51,778 nucleotides of DNA. Source: Blastochloris sp. GTDB lineage: Bacteria > Verrucomicrobiota > Verrucomicrobiia > Methylacidiphilales > JAAUTS01. A model generated the notes under the pieces. It was not told the origin of the DNA. It saw only the letters and a list, made by a program, of their open reading frames with translations, and searched no databases. Location of the stretch: NCBI GenBank assembly GCA_012031345.1, contig JAAUTS010000002.1, positions 1 through 51,778 of the forward strand. Direction: 5' to 3'. Within the stretch, counting starts at the first letter, position 1. Every line of letters begins with the position of its first letter. Both the position numbers and the translations under genes were made by a program. Below are positions 44,041-51,778 of the stretch, in pieces.

Positions 44041-44556
44041 TTATGGGCGATAGCCACGACCCTTTTGCCATGTTTTGATCCGATCCGAACACAGCACTTT
44101 TGGCAGATAGCGGTCTTGAGCGAGGAGGGACTCGAGTTTTTCCGCAGCGTCTTTGGGTTTGAGTAAACCTTTTTCGATCAGACGATCGAAGATCCAGAGT
44201 GTGCCGTGCACTTCTACGCACCGGGCTTCGGCCAACAGGCGCAGTTCCTTGTCCCCGGTCAGTAGCAAGGCCCTAAGTGCCACCGCCAGCAGGTACGCCC
44301 CGGCATCCTCTATTTCCAAATCAGGATGGTCGAACAGGCATTGCGCCGACTCCGCCAGAATTTGTGGCGTGGTCTCATGGATGAACAGTCGTCTGGAAGC
44401 GGCGAAGGCCAGCACCCCCGAATGCCCTCCTTTCTGAATCTGGGCGAGGATCAAGTCGGTGGTGTGGGTCTCGATTCCCAGATCAAACCAGATGCCCAAA
44501 GTCCCGGAAAGTTCCAGGTCAATGAGGATGTTGGCGTCCTGAACGGCGATCTTCAT
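44041..44556 (-). CDS. PIN-domain protein (DUF3368/VapC-like putative RNase toxin)
   Basis: VQDANILIDL, EIED, LLTGDKELR, VHGTLW; ATGA overlap with the upstream gene. Confidence 0.85.
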   Translation of the reverse strand: MKIAVQDANILIDLELSGTLGIWFDLGIETHTTDLILAQIQKGGHSGVLAFAASRRLFIHETTPQILAESAQCLFDHPDLEIEDAGAYLLAVALRALLLTGDKELRLLAEARCVEVHGTLWIFDRLIEKGLLKPKDAAEKLESLLAQDRYLPKVLCSDRIKTWQKGRGYRP

Positions 44557-45632
44557 GAGAGCAGATCGTCGCCTTTCCGGATTTCAACCAGCGTCACGTT
44601 GAGGAGTGAGGCGGCCTTGGAACGGGTGACCTGCTGTTCCGCCACCGCCCGGAAGACTAGTTGGCGGAAGCGTTGGGAGCGTTCGCAGCCTCGGTAGTCG
44701 TCATCGCCCGGCTCCTTGGCCTTCCAGTTCTCCGCCTTGTAACGGTCCCAGAAGCGTCGGGAAAGCGCGGGGGTGATCAACTCCTGTTGTTTGGCTCGCA
44801 TCATGAGGGAGCCCAGGGAAATGCCCCAGGTGACTTTGATGCTGATCAGTTCTTTCAAGGAAAGGGTTTCCCGGAACCCGCCGAAAGCCTGCCGACAGGA
44901 CTCCGCAGGCAGGATGAAGGACCCGGCGAAGCGGGCGACGATCTTTTCCTCGTCCAGACCGGGAGCAAGGCGGTCCTTGAGCAGGACATGGCCAAGCTCG
45001 TGGATTGTGGTGTGGCGCTTGCGGGTCAGGCATTGGTCGTTGAGGTGTTTGCCGATGACCACGATGGGGGTCGAGCCGATCCAGCCGGAAAATCCGTCGA
45101 ACTCCGGTGGCGCGTCCACCTCACAAACTTTGATGCCGTTCAGTTCCAGCATTTCCATCAGGTTGCCGATGGGTTGGCGTCCCAGGTTCCAGGCATCACG
45201 CAGCTTTTCTGCGGCGGTCTCCGCGTCTTGAGGCGACTCGATTCGCAGCTTACCAAGCGGGTTGTGGAAGGGGTGCTTGAGGCCAAGGATCGATTCGATG
45301 GAGAGATAGCGCTCGAAGTAATCCTGAGCCTTGATTTCAAGGGTCTGGAACTGTTTGACGCCTAATGTGTCGTGTTTGGCGCGGTATTTCACACCCTGGA
45401 TGGCTGGCTCTGTCGGCCGGAAGAAGAAACCTGGAGGTTGGTTCAGGGCTTCCGAGAGGGCGATGAGGAGGGTGCCGTCGGGCATCATCTCGCCGCGTTC
45501 GTATTTGGCCAAGGCGTTGTGGGAGACGGCACCACCGATGCGGTCGGAGAGTTCGCGCAGGGAAAACCCCGCCATCTGCCGCGCCTGCCGCAGCCGTGTT
45601 CCGAAAAGTGAGGTATATTTGGTTTCGGTCAT
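44553..45632 (-). CDS. XRE-family HTH fused to ImmA/IrrE (DUF955) zinc metallopeptidase
   Basis: RLRQARQMAGFSLRELS..LAKYERG HTH; FDGFS; TIHELGH (HExxH); E..ARFAGSFILP. Confidence 0.92.
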   Translation of the reverse strand: MTETKYTSLFGTRLRQARQMAGFSLRELSDRIGGAVSHNALAKYERGEMMPDGTLLIALSEALNQPPGFFFRPTEPAIQGVKYRAKHDTLGVKQFQTLEIKAQDYFERYLSIESILGLKHPFHNPLGKLRIESPQDAETAAEKLRDAWNLGRQPIGNLMEMLELNGIKVCEVDAPPEFDGFSGWIGSTPIVVIGKHLNDQCLTRKRHTTIHELGHVLLKDRLAPGLDEEKIVARFAGSFILPAESCRQAFGGFRETLSLKELISIKVTWGISLGSLMMRAKQQELITPALSRRFWDRYKAENWKAKEPGDDDYRGCERSQRFRQLVFRAVAEQQVTRSKAASLLNVTLVEIRKGDDLLS

Positions 45633-45674
45633 GTTTACAAAATAGTTGACAAATTAAATATTGTAAACCATTAT
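45630..45674. promoter_or_regulatory. Overlapping divergent promoters with three GTT(T/G)ACAA boxes
   Basis: + strand TTGACA(45646-45651)-17-CATTAT(45669-45674); - strand TTTACA-17-TATTTT-6 nt-ATG; boxes at 45633-45640, 45645-45652 and inverted at 45661-45668. Confidence 0.72.
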
Positions 45675-45793
45675 GTGCTTATGAAACGAGGTTGCTAATT
45701 TACTGAAGGGGTGGCCCAGCGTGCTGTTATGGGCGACGGTAATGACCAAGCAACTTCGCTACACGGAACGGAACGCATAGAACAAATATCATC

Positions 45794-46754
45794 ATGAAGC
45801 TTACTGATACTCAGCTAAACGTTTTCATATCTAAGGTTCTTCATCTTGGGAAAGGAAAACGGAAGGAATTCCTTACTCAAGTAGATTTCCTTATTCAAAG
45901 TCTGGATAAGAAAATCAAGGAAGACGCATCCTTCAAGGTAAAGGGCTTCAAAAAAACCGGCTCAATCATGAAAGGCACGGTTCTCAAGCCCAGTGGTGAC
46001 TTTGGAGTTGATGCGGATATTGCGGTTTTCTTAGATGTTTCAGAATCTGAAAAAAATGACATCGAAAATCTCCACCAAATCATTCGCAATCTTCTTGTGG
46101 CAGTTTATCCAACTAAGAAGCCACAGGATTTCCGGGTTCAACCTAGGACGCTAGGCATTCACTTTCACACGTCGGGCCTAGATGTTGATCTTGTCCCAGT
46201 AATTCCAATCCCCAAGCAAGAGGGTTACGGATGGCAGCCATCGTCTCAGCGTGGACAGCCCGTTAAAACCTCAATCCAAGGCCAATTGGATTTCATTAAA
46301 AACCGGAGAGATGCGGACCCGAGATTTAAATCCATCGTGCGATTGTTGAAAAAATGGCGGAATGAGAATGAACTCGAGCGTTTCCGCTCTTTCACCATTG
46401 AACTGCTTGTCGCACACCTTTACGACCAAAACGGTGCAGCAACTTCCCTCGAAGACGGGCTCCAGCGGTTCTTCCTTTTTCGTTGCTCAAACTGGCCTTA
46501 CCAAGCCCATCACTTTTCCTGAGCTTGGCAAAGGAGTGAGCTTTCCGAGTGACCCAGTTGTGATTCTCGACCCCGTAAACAAGGACAACAATGTCGCGTC
46601 CCGTCTGACTGATGATGAAAGAAAAGAAATCGTGGGAGGTGCAGAAATGGCATGGTCCACGATAGAGGCAGCGAGCTGGAAGGGTGGGAAAGGCGACACA
46701 TTAGATCTTTGGAAGAAAGTCATGGGACGTTCCTTCACAATCGACCAAGAATAA
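45794..46754 (+). CDS. cdnC: CBASS CD-NTase, CdnC-like (+1 indel near 46478)
   Basis: TGS..KGT.L, DADIAVF, GLDVDLVP, SIVRLLKKW, RSFTIEL, ILDPVN.DNNVA, W.KVMGRSF; about 319 aa after repair; adjacent HORMA and TRIP13. Confidence 0.9.
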
Positions 46755-46756
46755 AT

Positions 46757-47272
46757 ATGAGTTCAACAGGCACACGCACCACCACCTACACAGTCGCTGA
46801 CATCCGCAAAGTCGTCGAAAACTTTGCCGCCGATTTCTCCATGATGGCACAAGCCACGGGATTGCGCACACGTGAAAGCGTCGCATCCGTGGTTTCCGAC
46901 CTGAACATTTTCGCAGAATATGGTTACCTAGTTTCGGTGACGCTGTTCTTGCTCGACAAGGACGGCAACAAACTTCGTGTCGCCTACTACAAGGTCGCGG
47001 ATTCCGCAGCGGGCTGGCAATCGGATGCGCCCGGCAACAACCTCTGGCCCAGAACCGAAGGAGGCTCTTTGTGGGTGCTCGGGACATTGACGGACGCGTG
47101 GTGGAACAAAACAGGTGCCGAAAAGGAAGCATTTATTAAAGCGAGGGGGTTGAATTTCCCATGGTCCAAAACTGATAAGGACACATCGCTCAGTGGGTTG
47201 ACTTCAAGTGCTGGCCAAAAATACGCCAGCAATGGATATGGTTGGGAGCGGACTAATTACAGTCGATTATAA
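46757..47272 (+). CDS. cap7: Bacterial HORMA-domain protein (Cap7-like)
   Basis: Thr-rich N-terminus TGTRTTTYTVADIRKV, YGYL..V.L.L, C-terminal YASNGYGWERTNY; lies between cyclase and AAA+ ATPase. Confidence 0.87.
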   Translation: MSSTGTRTTTYTVADIRKVVENFAADFSMMAQATGLRTRESVASVVSDLNIFAEYGYLVSVTLFLLDKDGNKLRVAYYKVADSAAGWQSDAPGNNLWPRTEGGSLWVLGTLTDAWWNKTGAEKEAFIKARGLNFPWSKTDKDTSLSGLTSSAGQKYASNGYGWERTNYSRL

Positions 47273-47274
47273 TT

Positions 47275-48189
47275 ATGAAAGAAGGAACCGCCGCGTTGTT
47301 TGAACTGGAAACCTCCCTGCCCGATGCCAGGCTTAAGACCCAAGCGGAAAGGCTGGTTGGATTCAAGGCCCGATACGACCGCATTCACCAGGACTTGCGC
47401 CTCCTAATCGACAAGGAAGGTTTGGAAAATTGGAGCAAGAAGCATTACCACAACCGCCTTCCATTGCTGGATTCGTTGTTCGACCGATACCCACTCGTTG
47501 TATTTCACGGAGATGTTGGAACGGGTAAAACAGCAACCGCTGAGGCAGTAACAAACGCACTCGCCGGGGAGCTTGGCAAGGGAGCGCTGCTCTTCAAACT
47601 GAGCACGCGTGTGCGAGGAAGCGGCAACGTCGGAGAAATGAGTTCCCTCATCAACCAAGCCTTCGATATTGTTGGCGAGGAAGCTGGGAAAGCAAAACTG
47701 TCCTTTCTTATCATTGATGAGGCTGACTCACTCGCAGCCAACCGCTCCGGTAGCCAAAGCCATCATGAGGATAAGGTTGCTGTGAACACGCTTATTCAAA
47801 AGATTGATGACGTTAGGAGATTCAACGGCCGTGTGCTGGTCATTCTTTGTACGAACCGATACGAGGCGCTCGATCCAGCAATTCTCCGACGTGCTGCATA
47901 CGTCGAAGAATTTCGACGACCTGATGACGGTGAACGGCGCGAGATTCTGAATCTGGATTGTGAAGGGCTGGGACTGACAGCATCCGCCATTGAAGAATTG
48001 GTACAGCTCACGGGAACGCACGGTCCCCACAAGCTTGGCTACACGTTTTCTGATATTCGCACGAGGCTACTTCCAGAGGCACTGGTACACGCTTACCCGA
48101 CGCGCAAAATTAACCATACTGATTTGATCGACGCAATTTCACGAGTTGCGCCATCACCGACAATCTTTACGACGGAAGATCGCGTATGA
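47275..48189 (+). CDS. cap6: TRIP13/Pch2-like AAA+ ATPase (Cap6-like)
   Basis: GDVGTGKT, RVRGSG.VGEMS, IIDEADSLA, HHEDKVAVNTLIQKID, LDPAILRRA. Confidence 0.92.
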   Translation: MKEGTAALFELETSLPDARLKTQAERLVGFKARYDRIHQDLRLLIDKEGLENWSKKHYHNRLPLLDSLFDRYPLVVFHGDVGTGKTATAEAVTNALAGELGKGALLFKLSTRVRGSGNVGEMSSLINQAFDIVGEEAGKAKLSFLIIDEADSLAANRSGSQSHHEDKVAVNTLIQKIDDVRRFNGRVLVILCTNRYEALDPAILRRAAYVEEFRRPDDGERREILNLDCEGLGLTASAIEELVQLTGTHGPHKLGYTFSDIRTRLLPEALVHAYPTRKINHTDLIDAISRVAPSPTIFTTEDRV

Positions 48190-49350
48190 ATCTTCGTGGT
48201 CGCCGAATTCACATCGTTGGGAGTGCTGATCCCACGGCTGATGAAGAGAAACTGGGATATGTCCATTCGCTTGTATCTGAACTGACAAACGCACTTGTGG
48301 CGGAGGGTGCTAATTTCGTTATACCGTTTGGTAAGGAGCCGTTTCTTACAGAACGGGAAGATGGGCTCTCTATCATCTTTGATTGGACCGTAGCTGAAGC
48401 GGTATCCAAAGCCCAAATCAAAGGAATTGCTAAGCCTTCTGGCCCCAATGGTTACCTGATTGCAACCTTGGCAACAAGTAAGACAGATTTCCAAATTCCA
48501 GCAGTTCGTCGCGTTATTTATGAACAACTTAGGGACACTAATTCCATCGGCATCGAATTCCTTGAACCTGGCTGGAGCGCGGGCGCCATTAGCCGTTCAC
48601 GGCTTGCCCAGCTCGGGGACATTCTGATTGCGATTAGTGGGGTCAAGGGGTTGAGCAACTTGCAATCGAATATTCCTCAAGGGTAAGCCGGTCATTCCGC
48701 TCGATATTAACGTGGGTTCTTCTTCGCGCGATGGATCTGGAGGGGCACCAAGACTCTTTGATCGAGCTCGCGCCAAGCCTGGAGACTTCTTTTCAGTAGC
48801 AGCGTCTGCATCCGCAGCTGATTTACTAGACCGAACCCAAACTCGAAATGGAGAAGTCAATGTCATGGTAGTCGTGGCTGCCATCCTTAACCTGATCCAT
48901 GCCCTCGTTCCCCCACGAGTTTTCTACGTCAGACTCCTGAATGACACGCTTCCCGAATATACATCTGTAGAGGAGTTTTTTAGAAAAACCGCCGACCCGC
49001 TTGTTCGAGAATTGGGCTATGAGCCGCTCCAAATGGGGCTTGGAAAGAACGAGTTTGTCTGGATGAATCAAGCCATTTTCGACTCCATGCACCACAGTAG
49101 TGTAGCACTTGTAGATCTGACAGGACTGAGGCCCAATTGCTTTATGGAACTGGGATATTCGCTCGGCAACAAGCAGCGAGTGATTGTATGTGCTCGTGAC
49201 GACACGCGAATTCCATTTGATGCGTTTGCGCTGGAGGCTTTTCAGTGGAAAGAATCTGAAGACCTAGGTAAGAGATTGGACAAGTTCCGCACACATTGGG
49301 AAAGAAATATCAACATGCCAACGCTTGTTCGACCAAAGGAGGCGAAGTGA
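48186..49350 (+). CDS. CBASS effector: Cap17-like (SLOG-like) N-terminal domain plus nucleoside 2-deoxyribosyltransferase-like C-terminal domain (two -1 indels near 48640 and 48681)
   Basis: IHIVGS, EP..IIFDWT, repaired IAISGGQGVE..GKPVIPLD..VG..DG.G; C-terminal VDLTGLRPNCFMELGYSLG..VIVCAR...IPFD; frame arithmetic fits one ~388-aa ORF. Confidence 0.75.
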
Positions 49351-49893
49351 AAGCTGAGTGCTATTTTTTCAGTAGATATTGAATCCGCAGGTCCGATACC
49401 CCGGCAAAATACAGCATGCTTTTCTCTAGGCGCGTGTGTGGTGGGTGATCCTACGGTATCGTTTTACGCCGAACTGAAACCCATCACTAAAGAGTTCGTG
49501 GCAGAAGCTCTTAAGATATCTGGGTTTAACCTTGAACGTCTTGAGCGCGAGGGTCAGGCGCCTGAAAATGTAATGAAGGACTTCCGCCGATGGGTTGAAA
49601 CAGTCACCGAGGAGTGCAAACCAGTCTTTGTCGGTTTCAATGGCTGCTTTGACTGGCAGTTTGTGAACTGGTACTGTGAATCGTTTGCCGGGGGCAATCC
49701 ATTTGGGTTTGGTGGAATAGACATCAAGTCGTATTTTATGGGCTTTAGTGGTGAGACGTGGGCGAGATCGACATCAAGCCAACTACCAGAGGAATTTAAG
49801 CCTGACATTCCACAAACCCACAATGCGCTTGATGACGCACGTGCCCAAGCATCGATCTTTCATAAATTATTTACTAAGCGGCGTTCAAGATAG
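49347..49893 (+). CDS. cap18: DEDDh 3'-5' exonuclease, Cap18-like (several +1 indels near the 5' end)
   Basis: Repaired start [52 protein letters not shown]; GTGA overlap with the effector stop. Confidence 0.82.
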
Positions 49894-50133
49894 ATAGCCG
49901 TAAATGTCAATTCGTTGTGTTGCGCGATCCAAGAACGGCGCCCAGCGGGTCGGTCCTCGAATTTAAGGGTCTAACGGCGTTATTGCCTGAGCAAGAGGTA
50001 ACACCCTTTCTGAGTGTGGGTCTCTTTCAACTGGCTTGGCCTGAGGTGACGGGGAGGTTTAGGAGTGAGGGATCATGGGCCATCAGCCTTTTACGTATCA
50101 ATCTTGCCCTCTTCCGTAATTTCCTGCTACTTT

Positions 50134-50322
50134 ATGAATATGACAACCGGGTATTCCAATTACACCAGAGCCGATGCACGCAAAGAAATTGGAGAAATGC
50201 GCAAATTTACCCAAGAGCTGGTGAAATCACCCGGCAAAGCGCAAAAGCTTTTGATCGAGGCGGGTATTCTTCGCAAATCGGGCAGGGGTTTGGCCAAAAA
50301 ATATCAATCGGCCAGCACTTGA
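50134..50322 (+). CDS. Small basic protein, putative antitoxin/partner of the downstream gene
   Basis: About 60 aa with A.KLLIEAGIL..SG..LAKKY; stop is 4 nt before the next ATG; alternative start 50140. Confidence 0.55.
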   Translation: MNMTTGYSNYTRADARKEIGEMRKFTQELVKSPGKAQKLLIEAGILRKSGRGLAKKYQSAST

Positions 50323-50326
50323 GCCT

Positions 50327-50959
50327 ATGCGTCACTCGGCTTGGATATTGGCATACCATGGATGTGATCGGTCTATAGGTGATCAAATCCTCCGTGGTGA
50401 CTCTGAAGTCAAGCCGAGCAACAACGAGTATGACTGGCTTGGGAAAGGTTCTTATTTTTGGGAAAACTCCTACAGCCGCGCCCTCAAGTGGGCTCAATTT
50501 CTAAAAGAGCACCCTTCCTACACTCATAAAGCGATCAAAGATCCGTTTGTGGTGGGCGCCATCATTGATCCCGGAAATTGCCTCGATCTGACAGAAGCCG
50601 AATGTCTCGATATCCTGAAGGAAGCTTACGCGCAATATGTTGATGTGATGCGTTTGGTGGCCAAATACTCGGGTGAGCCGACGGTCCTTCCGAAAAATGA
50701 GCCTGGTTTCAAAGGGGACGAGGATCTAGTCAAACGCAAGTTGGATTGCGCTGTCATCAACTGGCTTCATAAAACGAGAGAAGACCGGAAGCTCAAAAGC
50801 AAGGGACTACAACCCTTTGATACCGTGCGTGGCGCCTTTTCAGAAGGTGATTCGCTTTTTGAGAATTCGAAAATTGAATCCAGAACCCATATTCAATGGT
50901 CGGTGTTGGACCCTGCACGAAGTGTGGTGGCTTATTTCAGACCTCGAATCAGAAATTGA
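50327..50959 (+). CDS. ADP-ribosyltransferase-fold-like protein (putative toxin)
   Basis: AYHGC, KPS.N.YDWLG.G.YFWE, RALKWA, CLDLT, THIQ: H-Y-Q arrangement resembling H-Y-x ARTs. Confidence 0.6.
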   Translation: MRHSAWILAYHGCDRSIGDQILRGDSEVKPSNNEYDWLGKGSYFWENSYSRALKWAQFLKEHPSYTHKAIKDPFVVGAIIDPGNCLDLTEAECLDILKEAYAQYVDVMRLVAKYSGEPTVLPKNEPGFKGDEDLVKRKLDCAVINWLHKTREDRKLKSKGLQPFDTVRGAFSEGDSLFENSKIESRTHIQWSVLDPARSVVAYFRPRIRN

Positions 50960-50998
50960 TCTTTTACGGACATATGATCTTCGAGATGGGAACGCGTG

Positions 50999-51778
50999 AT
51001 GCTGGGTGTCACGACAACCGCCGATCTGTCTCTGGTGCGCTCGCGAGGAGAGGAATGGCGAACTCTCGCTTTCATGCCGGCGGCCGCGCTGTGGCGCGAG
51101 TTCCTCGACGCTGACGTGCTGCGCCTCTGGGACGGCTGGCTGAATCGCCCGCTGGTGGAAGATATCCGTTCAGCGGGACGCGAGATCTGGGTGATGAGCG
51201 GCAATCTGGGCTCCTACCTTCCGACGGGCGTCTTCGATCCGGCGCGAGTCGCGCTCTATCGCGAGCTTGGAGTCGACGGCGTTCTGGTGAACGAAGTCTC
51301 GCGATTTCGGCGGGTATTGGCGAGAGGTGGGTACCCGCGCCTGATCGCGCACCGCGGCCTCTGCCCTGGCTTGTGCCGAGAATTCGCTTCCCGCTTCGCG
51401 GCCGCGAAGGCCCTTGGTGCGGACGAGATCGAGCTGGACGTTCGAGGAACCGCCGACCGGCACCTCGTGATCTGTCACGACAGGGATCTCGCCCGCATTG
51501 CGGGAATCCCCGGCAGCATAGACGCTCTTGGCGTTGAGCAGCTTGCCGCAGCGAGGCTGCGTGGGGACATGGAAAGCGTCGGCCTCTGCACCCTTGAGGA
51601 GGTTTTTCGCCTGTTGGGTCAGAGCATCGGGTACAACATCCACATCAAGGAGGCCGGCGACGACGGATGGATCGTTGCTCGGACCATCCGGACCATTCGG
51701 GAGTACGCGTTGCAGCGTATCGCGTACATAGCGGGAGATGCGGAAGTGCTCGATTACGCGATGAGGATGGATCCGGAG
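50999..51778 (+). CDS. Glycerophosphodiester phosphodiesterase-like ORF, 5'-truncated and running off the window end (not in the ORF track)
   Basis: Manual translation is open from 50999 to the end: REIWVM..LGVDGVLVNE (end of a first GDPD barrel), then LIAHRG..ALGADEIELDV..TAD.HLVICHD, LEEVF, NIHIKE. Confidence 0.78.
   Translation, partial: MLGVTTTADLSLVRSRGEEWRTLAFMPAAALWREFLDADVLRLWDGWLNRPLVEDIRSAGREIWVMSGNLGSYLPTGVFDPARVALYRELGVDGVLVNEVSRFRRVLARGGYPRLIAHRGLCPGLCREFASRFAAAKALGADEIELDVRGTADRHLVICHDRDLARIAGIPGSIDALGVEQLAAARLRGDMESVGLCTLEEVFRLLGQSIGYNIHIKEAGDDGWIVARTIRTIREYALQRIAYIAGDAEVLDYAMRMDPE

Larger units (their letters stand above)
44041..50959. other. Anti-phage defence island (regulator/PIN, type III CBASS, ART-like pair)
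   Basis: Defence-type gene cluster starting about 80 nt after the rplQ terminator; the CBASS genes look AT-richer than the core genes; no integrase or att site seen. Confidence 0.8.

Noticed and set aside
48186-49350. NucC endonuclease or canonical Cap17 PNP nucleosidase as the CBASS effector
   Set aside because: No restriction-like nuclease motif and no PNP-family GIAAG/EMEG/RGISD motifs; the C-terminus fits an NDT-like signature better
49894-50130. Integron attC site (GTCTAAC near 49969) or a hidden cap19 gene
   Set aside because: No matching GTTRRRY end with proper internal palindrome, no integrase, and no convincing multi-TM ORF; ORF 49917-50378 looks spurious
1-51778. CRISPR arrays, tRNA/rRNA genes, IS elements, integrases, prophage genes
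   Set aside because: None recognised by eye; short or degenerate elements could be missed without tRNAscan-SE, Infernal or ISEScan

Overview
Bacterial chromosomal window, most likely Verrucomicrobiota (inferred from the fusA-rpsJ adjacency without tuf, absence of rpmD, and inserts in S12 and EF-G). It has three parts. (1) 1-24.5 kb: housekeeping and accessory genes (candidate 6S-like RNA, metallophosphoesterase, ftsH-folP, aminotransferase, a GbsR-family operon with two operator-like palindromes, Ser/Thr kinase, SMR exporter, cinA-recA, uppP, tal, dcd). (2) 24.6-43.96 kb: the str-S10-spc-alpha ribosomal superoperon, with a highly structured ~210-nt leader before rpsL and a non-ribosomal gene inserted between rpsS and rplV. 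(3) 44-51 kb: a defence island directly after the rplQ terminator. It carries an XRE-HTH/ImmA-IrrE peptidase fusion plus a PIN gene, transcribed divergently from a type III CBASS operon (CdnC-like cyclase, HORMA, TRIP13, effector, Cap18-like exonuclease), followed by a small-ORF/ADP-ribosyltransferase-like pair. The best candidate for an undescribed system is this CBASS variant: its effector appears to join a Cap17-like N-terminal domain to a nucleoside-deoxyribosyltransferase-like domain instead of the PNP-type ATP nucleosidase, and it may be controlled by a single-chain CapH/CapP-like regulator through overlapping divergent promoters. About 19 genes, including essential ones, carry single-base indels, mostly in homopolymers; I read these as sequencing errors. 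All family calls come from motif recognition by eye and memory; no searches were run.
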